Positions 47,942 to 63,855 of a DNA stretch of 64,000 nt are shown one piece after another. Within the stretch, counting starts at the first letter, position 1. Each line of letters begins with the position of its first letter. A program made the position numbers and the translations under genes. The notes under the pieces were generated by a model. It searched no databases. It worked only from the letters and a program-made list of their open reading frames with translations, and was not told the origin of the DNA. Source of the DNA: Eledone cirrhosa. Lineage: Eukaryota. The stretch is from positions 69,316,001 to 69,380,000 of the forward strand of contig OZ024744.1 of assembly GCA_964016885.1 (NCBI GenBank), in the 5' to 3' direction.

Positions 47942-48078
47942 TCCGTCATGGGCAAGTGCGGTCCGTGAGCCACATGAGATCGGTTTGGCTTTCTGAACAG
48001 TGCACATGATTTCAAATTTCCTTAGTCTGATCTGTCTCATAATGAGCCACAACCTCGAAAGAATTTTCCACTGCCTGA
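47942..48078. mobile_element. Possible degraded hAT-type MITE
   Basis: Starts GTCATGGGCAAGTGCGGTCCGTGAGCCACATG, ends CACTGCCTG, with CTAGA on both flanks, resembling Charlie-like hAT ends and target. Confidence 0.4.
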
Positions 48079-48455
48079 TCTAGATGCACACAATTATGTT
48101 ATTGTTTGACCAACGGTGCTATTGTGATAACATAAAATCGTCTTTGACCTTTACTTGAAACCTTAAATTAAATATTTATTATCATAACTGTCTATTAAAT
48201 GCGCTTACTTCTTTCGAATATCTAAAGATCTCCTGGAAAATAAAGTGGTAATCTATTATACACAGTTCTAAATGTCAATATATATAACGCATCTTCTTGT
48301 AATTCTAATTCTTTAAGCCTTTCCCTCCCCCTCCCCCTCCTCCTATTTATTTTACTACTCATTTCCTCGCCTTCTTTCTTTTGTATGTAGCGATCATCGA
48401 CTTGTCTGTTAACATTGCAATATTCAATCAATGTGTTTCATTAAACTACCTTCTA

Positions 48456-48457
<2 letters not shown>

Positions 48458-48517
<60 letters not shown>

Positions 48518-48621
48518 CAGTAGACAACTGATGAGAATCCCCCCTCCCGGCCTTGCTTTCTTCTTATTCCCATTCCATTTTAAGATACCTTAAATAGCAA
48601 CTACATAGCTATTTCTATTCT

Positions 48622-48698
<77 letters not shown>
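48458..48698. repeat. (CT)n at 48458-48515 and (TA)n at 48624-48698
   Basis: Perfect dinucleotide runs. Confidence 0.97.
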
Positions 48699-48702
<4 letters not shown>

Positions 48703-50030
48703 TTTTCATTCTGATGATTGAAAGCAAAATTTTTTGCTTTTAAGAAACCACTGGTAAAATGACATACAGGTAAACGTGGCTTGAAAGCGAATAAGCTTAT
48801 CAATTAAGTGCATAAAGCAGTTGAACAGGTTATTAAAAGTTACGAACCAAAATAGCATTTTGGACAATCAATGATAGGTTAATAATCTTCCAATAGCGAA
48901 TTTAGCAGACCAAAGTTGCAAGATGGTGGCTCTGATGCCACTGAGTGTCAAGGGGGAGTAGCGAAACATTTCAATTGAACAGTGAATAAGTGGAAAGTGA
49001 GTACTAAGGAAGTTGTATGAAGAATGCACGTCAAATAGTAGGTCAAACCTGTAAGCCAAGCCCGTTTGAGTTATAGCACAAAAGAGCGTAAACAGGGGCG
49101 ATATTTTGGAGAACACTGGAAAAAAAATCATTGAAATCGGACGTTCCTGAAAAAAGTTTTCTCATTAATTTTTTGTCTCATATTGCGAAAAACAAAGAAA
49201 AGAAATTACAAAAAGTACAACAACAAAATATAATGTCTTTGTTGAGATTCAAGTAAATGAATGCTTAAGCGTCGTTATTGTTACGTTTGTTGTATAAATT
49301 CATCTGTTGCTTTTGAATATTTATTATTTGATGTAGAATGTAACGTTAAGAGAGGAATATGTATTTAGTGTTATCGACCTTTTAAGTTTTGTCATTTGAT
49401 GTATGAGTGTTGTTATGATTATGTTTGTTGTATAAAATGATGTGTTGCTTAGTTATCAAAGTTTATTTCGCGTTCCTGAACGAAGAGGGGGAATGATCTA
49501 TTATAGAGAGAGGGAAGAGCGACGGAGAGAGTAAAGCTATGGTTGTTGTGTTGCTTAGTTTTCAAAGTTCCTTGAAAAGAAGTTTTGTCGCTGTTCTAAA
49601 TTGTAATGGTGATAGGGTAGTAGATGGAGGCAGTAACCTTTTAAAGAGAGTTGCAGAGGAGATTGAGGGGGAAGTAGAGGTAGGGAGGAACTTTTTAAAG
49701 AGAGTTGCAGAGGAGATTGAGAGTTGAGTAGAGGGAGGGATGAACCTTTTAAAGGGAGTTACAACATGTATGTAGTTTCATAGATTGTAGAGGGTAGTAG
49801 TGAGAGTGAATAAGCGTGTAAGAGAGAGGGTTACAGCATGTATTTAGTTTTATCGATTCTTTTCATAGAAGCTGGAAATTCTTGGCAAACTTTATTACGC
49901 GTTGACCTGCCCTGGTAAATTTGGAGCACAGTGGAAAAAAAATCATCAAAATCGGTAGAGAAATGTGGAAATGTATAAAAATCATACACACACACACAGA
50001 CAGACATCTACCGTTTTATATATATAGAGA
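48699..50030 (-). mobile_element. Non-autonomous Helitron derivative of the 50218-54266 element
   Basis: 5' end TCTCTATATATATAAAACGGTAGATG at 50030. 49320-50030 matches 53530-54266 and 48755-48950 matches 50258-50450. No coding region and no clear hairpin-CTRR end. Confidence 0.8.
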
Positions 50031-50109
50031 CAACAAATGTGAAGACTAAAATCAGAAGATCCCGTTAAGGGTGAAAGCAGTGATCTTTTGCTTAAACTTT
50101 AATCTGTTC

Positions 50110-54266
<4,157 letters not shown>

Positions 54267-54275
54267 TATACATAT

Positions 54276-54475
<200 letters not shown>

Positions 54476-54489
54476 ACATATATATATAT

Positions 54490-54627
54490 AGTTATGTAAT
54501 AAACAACAAGATAATTAATTCATTAATTCAATTGGTGATTGAAGGTAGACGTAAAAGTCAAGCTCGTCTGTCTTCGTGAAACCTTTGGTAAATGAATTAA
54601 TTATCTTATGTTGTTTATTACATAACT
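54490..54627. repeat. 35-37-bp inverted repeat enclosing an internal stem-loop, within a (TA)n-flanked short element
   Basis: AGTTATGTAATAAACAACA(--)AGATAATTAATTCATT at 54490-54524 vs its reverse complement at 54591-54627. Confidence 0.85.
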
Positions 54628-54690
54628 AAAAAGCTCTGTAGCCTACATAGAGCACTCTCTTTTCCTCTACCTTTCCTACGGAAATACTTC

Positions 54691-54739
<49 letters not shown>

Positions 54740-55087
54740 CACACACACATATATATATATATAGTATTAGGATTGGTGCTATGAAATAGCGATGTATACA
54801 TGAATGTGTTTATAGTATATTTGGCAATATACCATATGTTTAATTAAAAACATTTTGAAGACCTTACGCTATCATTTTTAAAGTACTGACTAAAAAGCAC
54901 TATTTCAGAGCATTCCTAATACTTAATTTTTGCTGGACCGGCAATCACTCTGATTATTACTGGAATTCTATAAGAATCCAGCTTCAATAATTTTCGGCGG
55001 AAGAGGGCAGTACGTGGCTCTGATGATTGCCAACAGCATGAGACAGACTGTTGGCTTCTCTGCCTTCTTTCGCTGAAAAGAAGTAAG

Positions 55088-55263
55088 TAATTGTTTCTAC
55101 TTTTTGGCTCAAGGCCAGCAATTATCCCAATGCATTACTGGTTCTTTATTTTATCGACCCCTTAAGGATGAAAGGCAAAGTTAACCTCGGGGGGATTTGA
55201 ACTCTGATCGTAAAGGGGCGTAACTCTATGCTGCAAAGCATGGCGTCCGGCCCTCTACCAATA
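55088..55263 (-). mobile_element. tRNA-derived SINE (octopus-type)
   Basis: Reverse complement contains GAGTTCAAATCCC (B box), TTTGCCTTTCATCCTTAAGGGGTCGATAAAATAAAG and the tail GGCCTTGAGCCAAAAAGTAGAAAC. Confidence 0.85.
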
Positions 55264-55740
55264 TCATTAATGCCACAGAAAAAACCATCTAACAATTACA
55301 ATGTCCATTCATTTCATGGTTGTCTCTATTCCACTTATCTTCAGCATCATTTTAACCTCTAACATCGACACTTTCTCTTTCATCCTATGACATCTTATTT
55401 CCTCTCATTTGCTTCTCCATCTTCTTCAATTTTTTTTTTGCATTTCTTTTTTCTCGCAATTTCTGTTTCGCCAACTCTAACTGTTTTCTATTCTTTAAGT
55501 TAATCTGTAGGCTTTGTTATATATTGGGATCTTAATGCTTTTGCTGTTTTGTCCGTTGGGCACAGCCGCAACACTGCTGCTGCACCCTAGGCCTAGAGCT
55601 CATCACCTTCCCCCTTCCCCTTCCCATTCTACTGTGACCCCAGAACCCTTGGCCTTCCCTTCATTTTCCATTTTGAAATATCTGTAGTGTTGTTATTATT
55701 TGAAATACATTTGTCTATGATTTTTTTTCATTTTTATTAA

Positions 55741-55922
55741 TAATTGTTTCTACTTTTTGGCTCAAGGCCAGCAATTACTCCAGTGCATTACTGATACTTT
55801 ATTTTATCGACCCCCGTAAGGATGAAAGGCAAAGTTAACTTCAGCAGTATTTGAGCTCGGACCGCAAAAGGGCCGTAACCCTATGTTTCAAAACATGGCG
55901 TCCGTCCCACTACCGATACTGA
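55741..55922 (-). mobile_element. tRNA-derived SINE, same family
   Basis: Collinear with 55088-55263 over the full length. Confidence 0.85.
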
Positions 55923-56069
55923 ATACGTTGTAATCTAAAAAAAAATTTACACTTAGTGCTCTTATTTATGTATTTCTTTTGCTTTTCAATTGCATTTATA
56001 AGTATATCTACCTTTCTTCAAATTCTCTCTAACTTCATATTGCTTTTTTGTCAATGATGTTTCCTTGAA

Positions 56070-56290
56070 TAATTATTTCTACATTAGGCACAAGCCCATC
56101 AATTTTAAAAGGGAAGGGAAAGTCGATTAAATCCACCCCAATGTATTACTGGTGCTTTATTTCATAGACCCCTTAAGGATGAAAGGCAAAGCTAACCTTG
56201 GCGCGATTTGAACTCAGAACATAAAGGGCCATAACTCTAAGCTGTAAAGCATAGTGTCTGACGCTCTACCGATACTGCCAATCCACCACC
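56070..56290 (-). mobile_element. tRNA-derived SINE, same family, longer variant
   Basis: Reverse complement: GGTGGTGGATTGGCAGTATCGGTAG...GAGTTCAAATC...TTTGCCTTTCATCCTTAAGGGGTC. Confidence 0.85.
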
Positions 56291-56421
56291 ATTGACTAAT
56301 ACCACGGAAAAGATGCCCCACATTTACACAAGTAGACTCTGATGACACCGGAAACAGATAAACCTGAATTCGTGTTTTTGTAGGTTTCTCAAGATTTGGA
56401 AGCCACCCTTCTCGTAAAATA

Positions 56422-56580
56422 GGCGGCGAATTGGCAGAGTCGTTAGAACGCCGGATAGACTGTCTTGCGGTATTTGTTCCGGCACTCTACTCTCGGAGTA
56501 CATATCCCGCCGAGGTCAACTTTGCCTTTCATCATTTCGAGGTTGATAAAAAAAGTACCAGTCTAGTCCTGGGGTGGATT
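56422..56580 (+). mobile_element. tRNA-derived SINE, related subfamily
   Basis: GGCGGCGAATTGGCAGAGTCGTTAG...CCGCCGAGGTCAACTTTGCCTTTCATC...GATAAAAAAAGTACCAGT. Confidence 0.85.
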
Positions 56581-56843
56581 CTTCCTCTGACATCTCTTTC
56601 TCATTTCCTCTCTCTCTCTCTCACTTTCTATCTTTCTCTGAAACAAATCTGCTGTACTCAGGCCTGGAAAGGAATGGACTTCGCCAGGCTTAAAAAATAT
56701 GCCCATGAAACACCGTATATCAATACGGTGCCCCTACGACTCTATCAAGAGATACGGGACAATACATACTTCTCGTAAAATCTCTTTGTTTATGCTTCTA
56801 CAAGTAAAACTAAAAACTACAAATCTCATATCATTATGTTTAA

Positions 56844-57029
56844 GGGCAGTGAATTGGCAGTATCGGTAGAGGGCCGGACGCTATGCTTTGCAGTATAGTT
56901 ACGTCCCTTTACGCACTGAGTTCAAATCCCGCCGGAGTTAACTTTGCCGTTCATCCTTACGGGGTCGATAAAATAAAGTACCAGTAATGCACTGGATAAT
57001 TGCTGGCCTTGTGCCAAAAAGTCGAAACA
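56844..57029 (+). mobile_element. Full-length tRNA-derived SINE with 11-bp TSD
   Basis: A box TGGCAGTATCGG, B box GAGTTCAAATCC; flanked by ATTATGTTTAA at 56833-56843 and 57030-57040. Confidence 0.9.
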
Positions 57030-57754
57030 ATTATGTTTAATGTAATTTCTTTATAGTTTCAAGTATTGATCTTGACCAATTCCAATATCTGGATGTATTC
57101 GTTTTCTCGAGGCATTCCGTTTTCCACGTATCACAAAGAAAAGAATGGTTTGATTTCGATTGATGATTAATCAACTAGATACTCCAGTTTGTACAAATTT
57201 TTGAGATTACTTTAAGAATTAAACTATGTTCAATAATAGTTTCGAATTAACATGGTCGGGTCGTTGTTGGTTAAACTAGCAGCCTCCCCAAGCTTGCTTG
57301 GTGAGAGACCAAAGGCAACTGGGACAAATAAAGGGTTTTTACAGGTTGCCCTTAGCTGGAGCTCTATATATTGGCGACCATCAGGTGATCACCGTTCATA
57401 CACAAAATACTATCAATTTGTGCTGTTTGTGTCCTCCTACACAGAGATGGAGTGGTAAAAGAAGCCCCAAACAAATGATTGCTCAATCTTTTAATCTGGC
57501 AATAAATTGCGGATGTCTGGTTATCCAAATATGTAGTCCAAAGAAAACATTCCTGGAATGTGAGAATTATCCAATATATATAATTAATATTTTCGTGACG
57601 TTTGTTCTGTAACATAAACAAATCGCTAAGTCATTATATTTGTCACATTTGTGGTCATTTAAGTTAAATCCTTTATCAAGCCTAGAAGTTGACCAGGCCA
57701 GAGATTCTCCCAATTTCGGTGACATTAAGTGACTGAAGCTACAAAACTTCCTCG

Positions 57755-57925
57755 TGGACAGGGCGCCAGTCCGTCACAAGGTTAACTTGTAGCTCTTCCA
57801 GATATACATTTGTTTCCCAACGGGAAATGAAGTGCCTTGCTCAAAGACACAACATGCTGCCTGTTCTGGTTATCGAACATACTGTAAGAACTTGAGACTA
57901 ATACCTTAACCACTAGGCTAGGCGC
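57755..57925 (-). mobile_element. Degraded SINE (CORE/V-like)
   Basis: Reverse complement has TAGCCTAGTGGTTAAGG (A box), GTTCGATAACC (B box) and TGTTGTGTCTTTGAGCAAGGCACTT. Confidence 0.65.
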
Positions 57926-57944
57926 TTTCATCCTTTATATTATA

Positions 57945-58178
57945 CTTATCATATTTGTAACCTGATATATTTAGCATATTTATGACTTAACGCTATATCA
58001 ACCATGTTTATGATATATCATTCATTATATTTAACATGCTTATCGCCAAACAATATAATATTCTCATTTATGGCCAAACACTGAATGTATCATGTTTATG
58101 ACAGGACATCATATTTATGATGTTTATGACCTGACAATATATTATTCATGTTTATGACCTGACATCACATTTATCATT
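57945..58178. repeat. Degenerate ~29-bp minisatellite (CATGTTTATGACCTGACATCACATTTAT-like)
   Basis: ATGTTTATGAC recurs at ~29-bp spacing over 58090-58178, with more degenerate units upstream. Confidence 0.7.
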
Positions 58179-59150
58179 GCATAAATATGTCGTCTGATTA
58201 CGCAAGGAGATGAAATCGTTCAAGATGTAGTGGAAACAACAAAATAGATAAGCTTAAGTGTTTGAAATATTTCTACATCTGTGTTTAAAGATATTTCAGC
58301 TTTGTTTTAATCTGTGTTCTGCGTATGTATGTGTTTAATAAACCGTATGTTAGAAGTAGCTTATTGTAGATTAGAAAAAAACTTCATGACAATTTTATTT
58401 TATGTTGTATTTTATTATTTTATACAAAACATGTCTTCCTTCCTTTAGTGGGGTGATAAAATATCTACCAGTTATGCACCGCGGTTGACAGAATTGATAA
58501 CCATCCCTCCACACAAAATGAGTAGCTTTGTGGCTATGTTTAAAATTATTTTTTGAGTACAAATTAAAAACAAGAAAAGACAGTATTGATTGTTGTAAAG
58601 CAAGCTTTCTTGGCAAGCCAATACTCGAATGTCGACGTACATTATGGTTGTGTCAATACGAAGTTTGATTCGGAACTAATTAGAATCGAGTTCAGTCTCT
58701 TTTGTTTGGTAAGTACCGTCTACCATATCCCTAGAGATTTGTGATTTTGTTGTTATTTTTCCATTTAGCTTGTTCTGAAGGATGACACTCAGAGATCAGT
58801 GCGATTGGCGCCATGAAACTTTCTAGACGTCAACTGTCTGGAACACCACCATCATCATATAGGCTATTCTTGACGTCGGAGTATAGTGTCAATCCATTGA
58901 CTAGTTTAACACCGCCATCTTGTCATTAGGTGCTTTTAGTCGAATCCACTCAGTGGCAGGCATTTAGACCCAATTACCAGTGTAGAAATAACTTACTCCC
59001 TTCATCCATCAAATCTTGGGTCACGGAAAAGGGTCATTTACACCACTATTTCCTTTTGAATAAGCAACAAATGGAAAATTAGAAATTGATCTGATTAATC
59101 TCTGTTTCTGCCCATTAAATGAAAGCGATGTTAAATTATAGATGTAGTCA

Positions 59151-60312
59151 TCTATATATATATAAAACTGTAGTTGTCTGTGTGTGTGTCCTCATTTTTT
59201 TCAAAGTCTATACAAATCCACATTTCTACTCCGATTGACTTCAAACTTGCATTTATATATTCCTTGGGGTCTAAAGATATTAACTACAGCTTTTATTTTT
59301 CAATTTTCTTTTGTTAAAGGGGTGTTAGGCGCCGGTTATCCATCTCCGTCGCGCCCTTATAATATCTGTCTGTATGCCTAACTGTCTGCATTACGACATT
59401 CTGACGAACATTAATGACGTATTATGTTCGCTATTTTCCGTTCATTGCCAGGAAAAGTTTTCACGAACCAAAGTATCGCCTTCCTGTTTTCCTTCGGTTG
59501 CAACGTTTTTCGAAATATTTACTTCTGCGTTCACAGATTGATGTTTTTAGTTTCAGAAGATCCTGGAAAGCAGCGATTCTTTGCTTAAACTTTAATCTGT
59601 TATTTTATTATATAATATAATCGAGGCAAGCCAGCCCGGTTGCCACTTCTTGCCAATAAACATTAACTCTTTGTGCGCCATTCATCTAACTGTAGACTAA
59701 CAAATACCAACTAAACGGAGCCTTGACAAGAACGATGGCGAATGAATCTTAGAGGTAAACAGTTTCCTCCCATGCTGTTAGTTCACGCGGGATTCTCTGC
59801 TACACCTTTTCGTAATAATACCGAACAACGTACTGCCGGTCACTCCTTCCTCCAAAAGCCGTACAAAGCGGACATGTGCATCGGGCAGATGGATCGGGTG
59901 CAAATCTACACCAGGCCTACGCGAGAAATTCGCAAGAGACTGCACCGAGAGGGATAGAGAGAAAGAGTAACTTAGTGGAAAGAATACGAATAAGCCTGCG
60001 CCTTACTGCTATGACATGGAATCTTCTGCCAACTTAACCTATGACTTTCTCTTTCACATTTACTCCAAAAGGCCAAAAGAGAGGAGTATGAAAAGAAGGG
60101 GCTCAACAATATTTCTATGAACAATGCATGTAGACAGCTAAACTGTACTTTCAACTAAACTGTACTTTCAACTTCTTAATTTTCTCAAAATAAAACAAGT
60201 TTCCTGTCGGTATATTTTCGCGAGTTTTTAACAGGCACTCACAAATAAACGTTTCTCATTGGAGGTGCTATTACTAATGTTCTTACCCGTGCAACGCCGG
60301 GATACACTGCTA

Positions 60313-60313
<1 letters not shown>
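59151..60313 (+). mobile_element. Complete 1.16-kb non-autonomous Helitron
   Basis: A|TCTATATATATATAAAACTGTAG at 59151; hairpin CCCGTGCAACGCCGGG at 60286-60301; CTAG|T at 60310-60314. The 5' end is similar to the other two Helitrons. Confidence 0.88.

Positions 60314-60398
<85 letters not shown>
60314..60398. repeat. (TA)n microsatellite
   Basis: Perfect TA run directly after the Helitron CTAG. Confidence 0.97.
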
Positions 60399-60405
<7 letters not shown>

Positions 60406-60559
60406 AAATGCCAGCATCAACAGTTGTCCAAGAGATGGCAACATGAATGGACCTGTTATTTTTCTCTAAAGACATTTTTTCCGATTCCGCCCTGCCCGTC
60501 CCTTCAATCTTTCTAATTTCTCATTCCTTCTTCTGGTGAAGGTCTACTGTCCTTCTTTT

Positions 60560-60886
<327 letters not shown>

Positions 60887-61185
60887 CATTTACGTTTTAT
60901 TGTTTATCACTGGATAGAACTGGTCATTTCGTATAGTTAGCCATGATGTAATTGTAGGAAAATCACTCGACGTTACTCAACTCATCCATCTTTGATGTTG
61001 AATCCTGCTGGTGGTGCGAGAACGGCGTATGTTTACCATTATTCCCTTATTATATAACTATTATGCAATATACATCTGATGATGTCACCAGGATCGTAAG
61101 TAACCTGGCTAGTGAAATGTATAGGGTGTTTGCAGAAATAAAAATATGAAGGAATTTCACCAGTCCGGCCTCTAGTTATTTTACT

Positions 61186-61189
<4 letters not shown>

Positions 61190-61260
<71 letters not shown>
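61190..61260. repeat. (TA)n microsatellite
   Basis: Perfect TA run. Confidence 0.97.
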
Positions 61261-61262
<2 letters not shown>

Positions 61263-61651
61263 CTTGCTTCTGCTGGACACCACCAGAGGGCGAAAGCCCC
61301 TGTGTTTTGCATAGCTACGGCTTTCTAAATGTTTATTCATAAACATACCGTATTTCTTTAGAAATACGAAATTTCAATACAAATTTGTATACAGCTATGT
61401 CGTAATTCTCTTCTATTCCAAGTTGAGCCAACTTATACAGCTGCATATGCAAATGAGATTAATCACCTCATTTACACAGACGAGAAAATCATATGTTCTC
61501 GCCTGTTTTCAAGTCCAGCAGTTGCAAGCGTGGGAGGGATCGTCCTGATGAGCACCAGTTAAGTTTAAAATGTGTTTTGCATAGCTACGGCTTTCTAAAT
61601 GTTTATCCATAAACATACCGTATTTCTTTAGGAATACGAAATTTCAATACA
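61261..61651. repeat. Short element with an 81-bp direct repeat (61301-61381 / 61571-61651) and an 18-bp inverted repeat (61261-61278 / 61513-61530)
   Basis: TGTGTTTTGCATAGCTACGG...GAAATTTCAATACA occurs twice at offset 270. CGCTTGCTTCTGCTGGAC matches the reverse complement of GTCCAGCAGTTGCAAGCG at 16/18. Confidence 0.8.
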
Positions 61652-61808
61652 TATATAAGGAAGATAAACACAGATATATACATATATGTGTTCAAATCGT
61701 AAGGGACCAGATTCGCTAGGGTGAAAAAAATACTAATTATTGACAATAGGGTTTGCCAGACTCAATTTAAGAATATATCAAGAAAATAAATACAAACCGG
61801 AATTGTGT

Positions 61809-61903
61809 TAACTACCAATCACCCAGACAGCTTTTGGCTATGCTGTTTCGCAATTTAATTTGCGAAACAACATATCTAAACGTGTCTGGGTGATTGGTAG
61901 TTA
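61809..61903. other. 95-nt near-perfect hairpin/palindrome
   Basis: Outer 21-bp perfect stem TAACTACCAATCACCCAGACA/TGTCTGGGTGATTGGTAGTTA, inner 10-bp perfect stem TGTTTCGCAA/TTGCGAAACA, 6-nt loop. Confidence 0.9.
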
Positions 61904-62082
61904 CTTGGGACGAACTCCACCTAAAAGTAATTCGTTTTACGTTTAAGCAACTTCGACAACCTGAAAATAAATCTCACTGTCAGAAATTGATAATTGATAT
62001 TCTGATGGCGGTGATGTGAATCAAATTTCTCTGAAGAAAAAAATTTCTCTAAAAAAAAACCCCATTAAAACACTGTCGAAGT

Positions 62083-62124
62083 AGAGAGAGACATACAGGC
62101 AGAGAGAGAGAGAGAGAGACATAC

Positions 62125-62217
<93 letters not shown>
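62083..62217. repeat. (GA)n microsatellite with a duplicated ACATACAGGC interruption
   Basis: Direct reading. Confidence 0.95.
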
Positions 62218-63099
62218 TGAAATGTAAACAAACCACCGACTTAACCACAATATACAGCTTAATCATGGTCTCAAACCATATTTTAAGAATAATTTATCCA
62301 AATTCATGAAGTTATCATTAAATAACAAACGCCCGCTTCCCCGCCAACTGTGACGGAAGTATGGAAAAAACAGACGTCCTCATACGAAAAGTTATTCATG
62401 ATGAAGCTGGAGACCGTATGAAAACATTTGATAACATATTAGGTAGTTAATTCCTGTCCGTATACAGCTATTACTTTGAGTTGTTTTCCTTCAGCCATAT
62501 TACTGATGTCCATATTCAGTGTCATTAAATTCAATATGTAGCTCTATATAATGATCACTTGTATGTTTTACTAACTGAATAGAATGGACTTCATTGAGGA
62601 AGTCTAACACGACAGAAGTGCATTTGCTGCTTTCACCAGTTGTCTTTAAAGACCAGAACCACTTCTAACTACATCTATAATGTCTTAAATTTCCATAAAT
62701 TGATTTTATTGGAGTTATCTTTCTCACTTGTTATATTTTAAACATCTTCAGTTAATCAATTGTTTCTGAAGATAGATAGCAGAATAAATGTACCTTTTCG
62801 AGGCTAATGGGATGGAGTTGAATAACTTCCATCGATCGGTCTACTCATCAATAATTTTGCTCTCTGAAACGATTGTAAAACAATGTATTAATGAACTACT
62901 TCACCTTTATATTCTTCCATCGTTTAACATTATATATCACATATGTGAACACCTACTGTATTATGTGATATTAATAGGAATCTTATAACATTCGATTTTC
63001 AATATTTTATAGACATCTAAACATTTCAAGTTCTTTCCTTTGCACTCTTGGTTTTGTTTTACACACACGCTATTTTACTTTTTGTATAAATACTATAAA

Positions 63100-63855
63100 T
63101 GCTTTCAGCACGGTGCACAGAGTTATTCATGACGATCAGAACAAGTTTGTGTAAAGTTTTTTTCCCAGGGTACTCAATGAAGATCAAAGGCAGAGGCGCG
63201 TTGATGACAGCAGAAGGATGGTCGAGTGGATCACTTCGAATCCAAGTGTCTTTGAGTCTCTGGTAACTTGCAAAAAGAGCTGGGCTTACTGTTATGAGCC
63301 AGAGATCAAGAGACAGCGTGCTTAGTGGAAATATTCTGACTCTCCAAGACACAAGAAGGCCAGGCAAAGCAGGTCCATTGGGAAGCTCACGAAGATCCCA
63401 TTCGTGGGGAGCAAGAGCATTATCTACATCCACCGGGTCCCCTACGGCCAGATAGTCAACAATGAGCTCTGTGTAGATGTTTGGAGGTAGTTGAGAAAGA
63501 GATTTCATCGCAAAAGACCAGAACTCTTCAAGTCTGGTCAGTGGCACCTGCACCAGGACAATGTCCCTTGCCACAAATCCATCCTGGTGACCAACTACTT
63601 GGCCTATAAGGGGATCAAGACTGTTGCTCATTCTCTCTATAGACCAGACTTAGCCCCATGCGACTTTTGGATGTTCCCGAAGCTGAAGGAGAAGCTCGGC
63701 GGTATTCGCTTTGAGGGTGTGGAAAAGATGAAGGAGGTTGTGACAAGCACCTTGGAGACCTTCCTTTGGAGGACTAGAAGGGGGTTCTCCAGAAGTGGTT
63801 GAAGCGCTACAAAAAGTCGATTGAAGTTGGAGGATGCTACTTTGAGGGAGACTAA
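63100..63855 (+). pseudogene. mariner (DD34D) transposase pseudogene
   Basis: KFFPRVL (cf. WVPR), VTCKKSWAYCYEPEIKRQ (cf. TGDESWxxxYDPETKRQ), WHLHQDNVPCH, YRPDLAPCDFWMFPKLK, C-terminal YFEGD-stop. Stops and frameshifts present; TIRs not identified. Confidence 0.9.

Noticed and set aside
55330-55685. Possible host exon on the minus strand (Lys/Glu-rich stretch ELAKQKLREKRNAKKK)
   Set aside because: Short, interrupted by stops, no recognisable domain or convincing splice pair; cannot be supported without RNA data.
57252-60154. Assorted 60-105 aa ORFs
   Set aside because: No recognisable motifs; lengths compatible with chance, and several lie within non-coding Helitron or SINE sequence.
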